Assembly (NCBI GenBank): GCA_003133025.1
Contig: PKZK01000135.1
Coordinates: forward strand, 15,391 to 30,521
Length of the DNA stretch: 15,131 nt
Direction of reading: 5' to 3'
Source of the DNA: Vulcanimicrobiota bacterium
GTDB taxonomy: Bacteria; Vulcanimicrobiota; Vulcanimicrobiia; Vulcanimicrobiales; Vulcanimicrobiaceae
The notes beneath the pieces are model-generated. The model was not told the origin of the DNA. It worked only from the letters and a program-made list of their open reading frames with translations, and ran no database searches. Positions 1 to 7,387 of the stretch are shown here, one piece after another (the stretch's first letter is position 1; every line of letters starts with the position of its first letter). A program made the translations under genes and the position numbers.

Positions 1-435
1 GCCGAGATGGCGGCGATCGTAGGCCTGGGTTCGTCGGCGGTTCACGAACGCGTCAAGCGCCTCGAACAGCGTGGTTACGTCAAAGGCTACGGCGCCCGTC
101 TCGACGCGCAGCGCCTCGGCATCGAATTGGTCGCATTCGTCAGCGTCTACACGCAGTACGACGTGCAGTACGACGCGTTCCACAGCACGATCGCGGCTTT
201 GCCCGAAGTGAGCGAAGTCTACAGCGTCGCGGGCGAGGAATCGTTTCTCTTGAAAGTCTCGACGCGCTCGACCGCGCACCTCGACGATTTTCTCACGCGC
301 TTGAAGTCGATCGCCGGCATCGCGCGGAGCAAGACGACGATCGTGCTTTCGACGCCGTTCGAACGCAACGGCATCGCGCTCGACGAACTCGTCGGCGAGC
401 GCGCGCCCGCCCTGCGCGCCGTCGGCGCGCGATGA
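1..435 (+). CDS. Lrp/AsnC family transcriptional regulator (5'-truncated by window edge)
   Basis: Frame is open from base 1 (AEMAAIVGLGSSAVHERVKRLEQRGYVKGY, an AsnC-type HTH), followed by a RAM-like domain (LPEVSEVYSVAGEESFLLKV...SKTTIVL). The true start is probably upstream of the window. The TGA overlaps the kdd ATG (ATGA, 432-435). Confidence 0.93.
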   Translation, partial: AEMAAIVGLGSSAVHERVKRLEQRGYVKGYGARLDAQRLGIELVAFVSVYTQYDVQYDAFHSTIAALPEVSEVYSVAGEESFLLKVSTRSTAHLDDFLTRLKSIAGIARSKTTIVLSTPFERNGIALDELVGERAPALRAVGAR

Positions 436-1505
436 CGGTCGTGGACGCTCCGGCCAAACCTTGCCGTTTGGGCACGCATCGCGTGCTCGAGCCCGCGGGC
501 GCCTTGCCGCAGGCGGCCTGGAAGCTCGACGCCACGGCGATTGCCTACGCAAACGAAATTCTCTGCGACGTCGACGCGCTCAACGTCGACTCGGCATCGT
601 TCCACCAAATCGCCGCGGCGTGCGAGCACGACGAGCGGCGCGTCGCCGCGCACGTCGAGAGCATCGTGCGCGAGCGCGGCAAGCAGCACAATCCCGTCAC
701 CGGCAGCGGCGGCATGTTCGTGGGGCGCGTGCGCGCCATCGGCGCGGCCATACGCGAACGCAGCGAACTGCGCGAAGGCGACCGCATCGCGTCGCTCGTC
801 TCGCTGACCCTGACGCCGCTGCGCATCGACGAAGTGCTGCGCATCGACATGGCCACCGGTCGCATCTGGGTGCGCGGCACGGCCGTGCTCTTCGAATCGG
901 GTCACTACGCCGTGCTACCCGACGACATCCCCGACGACGTCGCGCTCGCCGTGCTCGACGTTGCGGGCGCGCCCGCGCAAGTGCGCCGTCTCGCTTCCAC
1001 CGGACAGACGGTGGCGGTGCTCGGCGCGGACGGAAAGTCCGGCATCCTGGCCTGCGCGGAAGCCAGAGCGGCCGTGGGCCCGAATGGGCACGTGGTGGGC
1101 ATCGCACCCAGCGACCAAACGCCCGGCGCGCGACTCTTGATCGATCATGGATACGTGGATCACTTCGTGGTCGCCGACGCGCGCAACACGCTCGACGTGC
1201 TGGCCGCGATCCCCGACGCGCTGCCCATGCTCGCCGACGTGACGATCAACTGCGTGAACGTGCCCGGCACCGAGCTGAGTTCGATCCTGTGCACGCGCGA
1301 CGAGGGAACGGTCTATTTCTTCTCGATGAGCACCTCGTTCACGGCCGCGGCCCTCGGCGCCGAAGGCGTGGGCAAGGACGTGACCATGATCGTCGGCAAC
1401 GGCTACGCCAAGGGGCACGCGGTCATCGCGCTGCAGACCCTGCGCGACCATCCGCCCATTCGCGAGTATTTCAGCGCACGCTTCGGCTCAGTGCCGGCGA
1501 GGTAG
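432..1505 (+). CDS. kdd: L-erythro-3,5-diaminohexanoate dehydrogenase
   Basis: Kdd-like motifs GTHRVLEPAGALPQ, LNVDSASF, RGKQHNPVTGSGGM, SLVSLTLTPL, LDVAGAPAQ, nucleotide-binding VLGADGKSG, FFSMSTSFTAAALGAEGVGKD and GNGYAKGHA. Adjacent to kamA. Confidence 0.92.
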   Translation: MTVVDAPAKPCRLGTHRVLEPAGALPQAAWKLDATAIAYANEILCDVDALNVDSASFHQIAAACEHDERRVAAHVESIVRERGKQHNPVTGSGGMFVGRVRAIGAAIRERSELREGDRIASLVSLTLTPLRIDEVLRIDMATGRIWVRGTAVLFESGHYAVLPDDIPDDVALAVLDVAGAPAQVRRLASTGQTVAVLGADGKSGILACAEARAAVGPNGHVVGIAPSDQTPGARLLIDHGYVDHFVVADARNTLDVLAAIPDALPMLADVTINCVNVPGTELSSILCTRDEGTVYFFSMSTSFTAAALGAEGVGKDVTMIVGNGYAKGHAVIALQTLRDHPPIREYFSARFGSVPAR

Positions 1506-1508
1506 TCC

Positions 1509-2888
1509 ATGGAAGCGATCGTTCACGAGCGGCACTTCAAACCGCCGGCTCCGCCCGAGACCCTCGCGCACCGCGACGTGCGCCGCGGCGAATTCTGGCG
1601 TGCGATTCCGAAATACCGCGACATCGACGAAGCGACGTTCCTCGACCACATCTGGCAAGGGCAGAACTCGATCAAGTCGCCGGAAGAATTGCTCGAGACG
1701 GTCAAGGATCTCGTGGAGCCGTCGTTCTTCGACGACGTGCGCGACGGCTTTCACCGCGCGCCGATGGCCGTGCGCGTGTCGCCCTACCTGATCGCCTCGA
1801 TCGACTGGACCGATCCCTACCGAGACCCGATCCGCACGCAATTCATTCCGCTGGCGTCGCGGCTCTTGCCCGACCATCCGCGGCTCACGCTCGACTCGCT
1901 GCACGAACTCGAAGACTCGCCCGTGCCCGGCGTGACGCACCGCTATTTCGACAAAGCGCTGTTCTTGCCGCTCAACGTGTGCCCGGTCTACTGCCGCTTC
2001 TGCACGCGCTCGTATGCGATCGGCGCCGACACCGACACGGTCGACAAAGTGCCGCTGGCCAAGACGCCCAAGCAGTGGCACGACGCCTTCGAGTACTTCG
2101 CGAGCCGCCCCGAACTCGAAGACATCGTGATCTCCGGCGGCGACGCGTATCAATTGGCCGCAAAGTCGATCGCCACGATCGGCGAGGCGCTGCTGGCGAT
2201 CCCGCACATCCGGCGGATGCGTTTTGCGACCAAAGGTCCGGCGGTCATGCCCATGAAGATCTTGACCGATACGCCGTGGCTCGACGCGATCTCGGCGATC
2301 GTCGAGAAGGGCCGCAAGCTCAACAAGGAAGTGGTGATCCACACCCACTTCAACAATCCCAACGAAATCAGTTGGATCACCGAGAAGGCGATGAACCTGC
2401 TCTTCGAGCGGGGCATCACCGTGCGCAATCAATCGGTCTTGATCCGCGGCGTCAACGACGATCCCGAAGTGATGCAGCTCTTAGTCAGACGCCTCAGCTA
2501 TCTCAACGTGCATCCCTACTACGTGTACATGCACGACTTGGTCAAGGGCGTCGAGGAGTTGCGCACGCCGATCCAGACCTCGATCGACATCGAGAAGTTC
2601 GTGCGCGGCTCGACGGCCGGCTTCAACACGCCGCTCTTCATCTGCGACGCCCCGGGCGGCGGCGGCAAACGCGACATCCACAGCTTCGATCACTACGACC
2701 GCGAGAACGGCATCGCGGTCTACTCGGCCCCGAGCGTCAAACCGGGGAAGCACTTCGTGTACTTCGATCCGATCGACACGCTCTCGCCCGAGGCCCAGGC
2801 GCGCTGGCGGCACCCGGCCACGGCCGAGGCGATGATCGGCGAAGCGATCGAGAAGGCGGGCGGTCCGCGGAGCTACGTTCCGGCGTAG
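1509..2888 (+). CDS. kamA: Lysine 2,3-aminomutase (KamA-family radical SAM/PLP enzyme)
   Basis: Radical SAM motif CPVYCRFC (1980-2003), plus ISGGD, HTHFNNPNE, NQSVLIRGVND, PYYVYMHD and the PLP-lysine motif DAPGGGGK. SD-like GAGGT lies just upstream. Confidence 0.93.
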   Translation: MEAIVHERHFKPPAPPETLAHRDVRRGEFWRAIPKYRDIDEATFLDHIWQGQNSIKSPEELLETVKDLVEPSFFDDVRDGFHRAPMAVRVSPYLIASIDWTDPYRDPIRTQFIPLASRLLPDHPRLTLDSLHELEDSPVPGVTHRYFDKALFLPLNVCPVYCRFCTRSYAIGADTDTVDKVPLAKTPKQWHDAFEYFASRPELEDIVISGGDAYQLAAKSIATIGEALLAIPHIRRMRFATKGPAVMPMKILTDTPWLDAISAIVEKGRKLNKEVVIHTHFNNPNEISWITEKAMNLLFERGITVRNQSVLIRGVNDDPEVMQLLVRRLSYLNVHPYYVYMHDLVKGVEELRTPIQTSIDIEKFVRGSTAGFNTPLFICDAPGGGGKRDIHSFDHYDRENGIAVYSAPSVKPGKHFVYFDPIDTLSPEAQARWRHPATAEAMIGEAIEKAGGPRSYVPA

Positions 2889-2890
2889 CG

Positions 2891-2917
2891 TTCCGGCGGC
2901 GAAAGACGCTGCCGGGA
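2891..2917 (+). terminator. Stem-loop right after the kamA stop (possible terminator or mRNA-stabilising hairpin)
   Basis: TTCCGGCGGCG-AAAGA-CGCTGCCGGGA forms an 11-bp stem with two G-U pairs, 2 nt after the TAG. No U-tract follows. Confidence 0.45.
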
Positions 2918-2918
2918 A

Positions 2919-2942
2919 GAACCAAAACGGCTCTCGTGCGTT
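2919..2942 (+). promoter_or_regulatory. Putative ECF sigma-factor promoter
   Basis: GAAC (2919-2922), a 16-nt spacer, then CGTT (2939-2942). This matches the general ECF AAC-N16/17-CGT pattern and lies in the intergenic gap before the VOC gene. Confidence 0.45.
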
Positions 2943-3020
2943 ATGTATTCGTGCCCCCTTGCCGACGCCTGGAGTACCGTGAAAGCTAGCCCGAGCCCGA
3001 CATACTCGACCGCGACCGGA

Positions 3021-3437
3021 ATGGACGTCGGCTGGACCCACGTGGCGCTCTACGCGCACGATCTCGACGCGAGCATCGACTTCTACGCGCGCTACGCGCG
3101 CATGGGCATCGTGCACAGCCGCAAGGGTGACGACGGCAAGCGCATCGTGTGGCTGAGCGACCGGACGCGGCCCTTCGCGCTCGTGCTGATCGAGTCGCGG
3201 GAACCCGTGCGCGAACCGCTCGGGCCCTGGGCACACCTCGGAGTCGGCTTGCCCAGTCGCGAGGCGGTCGACGAGCGTTGCGCGCTGGCTCGCGAAGAGG
3301 GCCACCTCAAACGGGGCCCGGTCGAAAGCGGCTATCCGGTCGGTTACTGGGCGTTACTCGGCGACCCCGACGGACACACGCTCGAAATCTCGTTCGGCCA
3401 AGAGATCGGCATGGCGATCGACGGCGCGGGTGGCTGA
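3021..3437 (+). CDS. VOC (glyoxalase/bleomycin-resistance) family protein
   Basis: WTHVALYAHDLDASIDFY...WAHLG...LGDPDGHTLEIS is a typical VOC pattern with His/Glu metal-ligand positions. ATG 3021 matches the domain start; GTG 2979 and ATG 2943 are in-frame alternatives. Confidence 0.88.
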   Translation: MDVGWTHVALYAHDLDASIDFYARYARMGIVHSRKGDDGKRIVWLSDRTRPFALVLIESREPVREPLGPWAHLGVGLPSREAVDERCALAREEGHLKRGPVESGYPVGYWALLGDPDGHTLEISFGQEIGMAIDGAGG

Positions 3438-4044
3438 CGCAGCGCCGGCGTTTTTCGACAACGCCGCGATCCGCCGCAGAGACCTCGCGTGGAACGACTG
3501 GACCGGCGTCTGCGCGTTCCTCGAGGATCAAGCGGTGTGCCGGCTGGCCGCGGTGGATGCGCCGTCACCCTATGTGGCGGCGCTGTCGTATCGTTTCGAG
3601 GCGGGCGCGTTTCTCGTGCACTTCTCACGCAACGGGACGCTCGCCAAGCTGCTCGCCATCGATCCGCACGTGACGATCGAAGTGTCGCAAGCGATCAGCT
3701 TGCTCAAAGCGCCGGCGGCGCAGAATACGAGCATGGAATATCGGAGCGTGATCGCGCGCTGCGTTGCGAAGCTCACGTTGCTCGATCTCGAGATCGAGGC
3801 GCAACAATACGACGCGCTCGAGAAATACCGGCCGGAGCGCGACTATCTGCCGATCGATCGCGAGCGCGCCACACGCGCGATCGTGGCCTGTCGCGCCGAG
3901 ATCGTGTCGCTGAGCGCCAAGAAGCGCGTGCTGGCCGACGGCCAGTTCGGCGCGAGCGGCATCGATCCGGGCTACGCCCGCTACGAATTCCCGGCGCCGC
4001 CGGCGCTGTCGTCGTTGCCGCCCGAAGCCTTCAAACCGCGGTAG
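3430..4044 (+). CDS. Pyridoxamine 5'-phosphate oxidase-like (FMN-binding split-barrel) protein
   Basis: IRRRD...FLEDQAVCRLAAVD..PYVAALSY...HFSRNG...TSMEYRSVI resembles the NimA/COG3467 flavin-binding family. The GTG start overlaps the end of the VOC gene by 8 nt. Confidence 0.78.
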   Translation: MADAAPAFFDNAAIRRRDLAWNDWTGVCAFLEDQAVCRLAAVDAPSPYVAALSYRFEAGAFLVHFSRNGTLAKLLAIDPHVTIEVSQAISLLKAPAAQNTSMEYRSVIARCVAKLTLLDLEIEAQQYDALEKYRPERDYLPIDRERATRAIVACRAEIVSLSAKKRVLADGQFGASGIDPGYARYEFPAPPALSSLPPEAFKPR

Positions 4045-4048
4045 CCTG

Positions 4049-4067
4049 TAGGTGCGAAACGCACCTA
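4049..4067 (+). terminator. Perfect inverted repeat after the split-barrel gene (terminator or operator)
   Basis: TAGGTGCG-AAA-CGCACCTA has 8-bp perfect arms, starts 4 nt after the stop, and is followed by a moderately T-rich tail (TTGAACTT). Confidence 0.5.
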
Positions 4068-4098
4068 TTGAACTTGAGTTGTCTGATCTTGTATGGTC
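4068..4098 (+). promoter_or_regulatory. Putative sigma70-type promoter of the GntR operon with overlapping tandem repeat
   Basis: TTGAAC (4068-4073), N18, TATGGT (4092-4097) in a locally AT-rich patch. The direct repeat TTGTCTGATC/TTGTATGGTC spans 4079-4098. Confidence 0.5.
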
Positions 4099-4128
4099 CG
4101 GGAATGTCGCCGCTTCCGGGCCGGTACC

Positions 4129-4890
4129 GTGCTCTTTGAGGGTACCGACGCGCGCTATCACCAGCTCGCCGACGAACTGACGCGGCAGATTCGCGACCGC
4201 GTGCTGGAGCCGCAGCAGCGGCTGCTCTCCGAGCCCGCGCTCGCGCGGCAGTTCGGGGTGAGCCGGGATACGGTGCGGGCCGCAATCGCCGTGCTCGAAC
4301 GGCGCGGTCTGCTGCTCCGGCGGCGCGGCGTCGGCACCTTCGTCGCCGGGCCGCGCGTGCGCCAAGATCCTTCGCGGCTGGGCGCATTCTACGAAGCGAT
4401 GATCGATCAAGGTCTGCGGCCCGAACCGCGGCTGCTCGAGTTTCGAACGATGACCCCCGACCCCGCCGCGGCGGCTCGGCTCGGTCACGAAACCGCCGTC
4501 TTGCTCGTGCGTCAATTCCGGCTCGACGGCCGCCCCGTCGCGTTGACGCGCGCGTACCTCCATCCCGACGCCGTTCGTGCGACCCGTCTCGAAGCGGAGC
4601 AAACGACGGCGGTCCAGTTGATCGAGCGCTTCGTCAAACGGCGCATCGAAAACGTCGACGTCAGACTCCGTGCGGAAACCGCCGGCGAGCACGCCCGTTA
4701 TTTGGACCTGCTCGAACCGGAACCGATCCTCGTGTTCGAACGCACCAGCGCCGCGGCCGACGGCTGCGGGTTAGAATTCACTTCGTGGTATCTGCGTCCC
4801 GACGTATACGAATTCGGGATGCGCATGCACGGACCGTTCGAACTGAGCGACGGCTTTCATCACCTGCCGCCTGCGCACCGGACGCAGTAG
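4129..4890 (+). CDS. GntR family transcriptional regulator, HutC/UTRA subfamily
   Basis: Winged HTH (YHQLADEL...LLSEPALARQFGVSRDTVRAAI..LE.RGLL.RRRGVGTFV) and a C-terminal UTRA-like domain. GTG 4129 is preferred because ATG 4093 falls inside the predicted -10 element. Confidence 0.93.
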   Translation: MLFEGTDARYHQLADELTRQIRDRVLEPQQRLLSEPALARQFGVSRDTVRAAIAVLERRGLLLRRRGVGTFVAGPRVRQDPSRLGAFYEAMIDQGLRPEPRLLEFRTMTPDPAAAARLGHETAVLLVRQFRLDGRPVALTRAYLHPDAVRATRLEAEQTTAVQLIERFVKRRIENVDVRLRAETAGEHARYLDLLEPEPILVFERTSAAADGCGLEFTSWYLRPDVYEFGMRMHGPFELSDGFHHLPPAHRTQ

Positions 4891-4900
4891 GAGCTTCACC

Positions 4901-5917
4901 GTGTCCAGCATCCCATCGCGGCGCTCGCTCATCGCCGCTTCAGCCGCAACGTTCGCTTCGATCGCGATTCTGCCGCGCGGCGTTCGCGCCGCAGCGACGA
5001 CGTTCAAGTTCGGCCACGACCTCTATCCCGAGCACCCGCTGCACGTGCGCCTGCGCGAATTCGCCGACGCCGTGCGCCGCGAAACCGGCGGTGCGCTCGA
5101 CATCACCGTCTTCCCGTCGAGCGCGCTCGGCGGCGATACGCAGATGATCACGCAGGTGCGCTCCAACGCAATCCAGATGTACGCCGGCCCGGGCGGCATC
5201 CTGGCGACGGTCGCACCGCAGGCCTCGATCACCTACGTCGGATACGCCTTTCACGACTACAAGACGGTTTGGCGCGCGCTCGACGGCGAGGTCGGGGCGT
5301 TCATTCGCGCGGGCATCGAGCACGCCGGACTCATACCCTTGCCCGCGATCTGGAACAACGGGTTCAACCAGGTCTACAACAACGCGCGGCCGATCGACGC
5401 GCCCGGTGATTTCGCCGGCTTGAAGATCCGCACGTCGGCGAGCCCGATCTTCGTCTCGACGTTTCAGTCGCTGGGCGCTTCGCCGACGCCGATCAACCTC
5501 AACGAAACCTACACGGCGCTGCAAACCAAACTCGTCGACGGCGTGACCGATCCGCTCGCCGTGGTCGAATACGAAAAGTTCTACGAAGTGCAGAAGTATG
5601 CGTCGCTCACCAACCAAATGTGGGGCGGCTACTGGATCGTGATCAACCCCGACGCCTGGAACGGCTTGGACAAGAAGGTGCGCGATACGGTGATCCGCCT
5701 CGGCGCGGAGTGCGCCGCGAAGCAACGCGACGACGTGGCCAAGGTCGAAGCCGCGGCGCCGGCCCGGCTCATCGCTCACGGCATGGTCGTCAACAAACCC
5801 GACCACGCGCCCTTCCGCAAAAAGCTCGAGGAGGCCGGATTCTACGCGCAGTGGCGCAAGACGTTCGGCGACGCGGGCTGGCGGGCACTCGAAAAATACA
5901 CCGGAACACTGGGGTAG
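4901..5917 (+). CDS. dctP: TRAP transporter solute-binding protein (DctP family) with Tat-type signal
   Basis: N-terminal SRRSLI twin-arginine motif plus hydrophobic stretch; VFPSSALGGD, GLKIR (conserved Arg), ETYTALQTKLVDG and KFYEVQKY. SD GGAG upstream of the GTG. Confidence 0.92.
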   Translation: MSSIPSRRSLIAASAATFASIAILPRGVRAAATTFKFGHDLYPEHPLHVRLREFADAVRRETGGALDITVFPSSALGGDTQMITQVRSNAIQMYAGPGGILATVAPQASITYVGYAFHDYKTVWRALDGEVGAFIRAGIEHAGLIPLPAIWNNGFNQVYNNARPIDAPGDFAGLKIRTSASPIFVSTFQSLGASPTPINLNETYTALQTKLVDGVTDPLAVVEYEKFYEVQKYASLTNQMWGGYWIVINPDAWNGLDKKVRDTVIRLGAECAAKQRDDVAKVEAAAPARLIAHGMVVNKPDHAPFRKKLEEAGFYAQWRKTFGDAGWRALEKYTGTLG

Positions 5918-5925
5918 ACGCAACG

Positions 5926-7386
5926 ATGAACGTTCTCGTTTTGATGGCCGACGAACACGCCCGCGACGCGATGGGCGCCTACGGCCATCCCGTCGTGCGC
6001 ACGCCGCACCTCGACGCGCTGGCCGCACGCGGCACGCGCTTCACCAATGCCTACTGCGCGTCGCCGATCTGCGTGCCCTCGCGCTCGAGCTTCGCCGCCG
6101 GCCGCTACCCGCACGATATCGGCTCGTGGGACAACACCTCGCCGTATCTCGGCACGCCGCGCAGTTGGGCGCACCGCGCGAGCGAGGCCGGCTACCGCAC
6201 GCTCTCGATCGGGAAGCTGCACTATCGCGCGGAAGAGGACGACACGGGCTTCGCCGAGCGGCGCATTCCGATGCACGTCGTCGACGGCGTGGGCGACCTG
6301 CGCGGCAACCTCTTGCGCGAACCGCAGCCGCTGCGCCGCATCGCGCGAACGAAGCTGATCGACGTCGGAGCGGGCGAGAGCGAATACAACCGCTACGACA
6401 ACGCGATCGCCGATGAGGCCGTGGCGTTCCTGCGCGACGAGGCGCCCGGCTCGCAGCCCTGGGTCGCCTTCGTCTCGTTCGTGGCGCCGCACTTTCCGTT
6501 GATCGCACCGCAGCGCTACATCGACATGTATCCGCCGGAGAGCGTGATCTTGCCCAAACAGTACGCGCTCGGCGAACGGCCGCATCATCCCGTGCTCGAC
6601 GCGTTGCGCGTCGCCTTCGACGTGGCCGACGAGTTCGACGAGGCGACGCTGCGCCGCGCCATCGGCGCATACTATGCATTGTGCACCTTCATGGACGACC
6701 GCATCGGCATGGTGCTGGACGCGCTCGAGGCGAGCGGCTGCGCGGACGATACGCTGATCCTGTATACGAGCGATCACGGCGACCAGATCGGCGAGCACGG
6801 CCTGTGGTGGAAGTACACGATGTACGAAGGCTCGGCGGCCGTTCCGCTGATCCTGGCCGGCCCGGGCGTGCCCGCGGGCGCGGTGGTCGACGCACCCGTG
6901 TCGCTCGTCGACGTGTATCCCACGATCACCGACGCCCTGCAGCTACCCGCCGCGCCCGACGAAGCGGATCTGCGCGGCGCGTCGTTGCTGCCTTTCGCAC
7001 GCGGCAAGCGCGCCGACGTGCGCCCGATCTTCGGCGAATACCACGCGATGGGTTCGATCACGGGCATGTTCATGCTGAGAGACGGCCCGTACAAGTTCGT
7101 CTATTACGCGGGCTACGCGCCGCAGTTGTTCGACCTCGCCGCCGATCCGGGCGAACTGCACGACCTCGCGCGCGAGCCGGCGTACGCAGCTATTCTCGCG
7201 CGTTGCGAGGCGAAGCTGCGCGACATCGGCGACCCCGACGCGATCGACCGGCAGGCCAAGGCACATCAGGGAGAGCTGCTCGAAGCGGCCGGCGGCGCGG
7301 CGGCGGTCGAGGCGCTCGGCGATAAGTTCGCTTATTCGCCGGCACCCGCGCAGTTCAAATATCCGGCCGCGGTGGCCGTCTCGTGA
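5926..7386 (+). CDS. Formylglycine-dependent sulfatase (choline-sulfatase-like), cytoplasmic
   Basis: MNVLVLMADEH, TPHLDALA, SPICVPSR (CxPxR, 6070-6084), GKLH, PHFP, YTSDHGD and LFDLAADPGE. No signal peptide. The start is ATG 5926, not 5620, which overlaps dctP. Confidence 0.92.
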   Translation: MNVLVLMADEHARDAMGAYGHPVVRTPHLDALAARGTRFTNAYCASPICVPSRSSFAAGRYPHDIGSWDNTSPYLGTPRSWAHRASEAGYRTLSIGKLHYRAEEDDTGFAERRIPMHVVDGVGDLRGNLLREPQPLRRIARTKLIDVGAGESEYNRYDNAIADEAVAFLRDEAPGSQPWVAFVSFVAPHFPLIAPQRYIDMYPPESVILPKQYALGERPHHPVLDALRVAFDVADEFDEATLRRAIGAYYALCTFMDDRIGMVLDALEASGCADDTLILYTSDHGDQIGEHGLWWKYTMYEGSAAVPLILAGPGVPAGAVVDAPVSLVDVYPTITDALQLPAAPDEADLRGASLLPFARGKRADVRPIFGEYHAMGSITGMFMLRDGPYKFVYYAGYAPQLFDLAADPGELHDLAREPAYAAILARCEAKLRDIGDPDAIDRQAKAHQGELLEAAGGAAAVEALGDKFAYSPAPAQFKYPAAVAVS

Positions 7387-7387
7387 C

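Noticed and set aside
1509..2888. Interpretation as EpmB, AblA, glutamate 2,3-aminomutase or a RiPP/sulfatase-maturing radical SAM
   Set aside because: No efp/epmA, ablB or precursor peptide nearby and no SPASM cysteines; PLP motif and kdd adjacency favour catabolic KamA.
461..2989. 842-aa ORF overlapping kdd and kamA in another + frame
   Set aside because: Arg/Ala-rich low-complexity translation with no motifs; an expected shadow frame of GC-rich genes.
4041..4067. GTAG plus palindrome resembling a REP element
   Set aside because: Single copy in the window with no associated transposase; a terminator or operator is the simpler reading.
5620..5925. N-terminal extension of the sulfatase ORF
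   Set aside because: Overlaps dctP and is Arg-rich; the sulfatase fold begins at ATG 5926.
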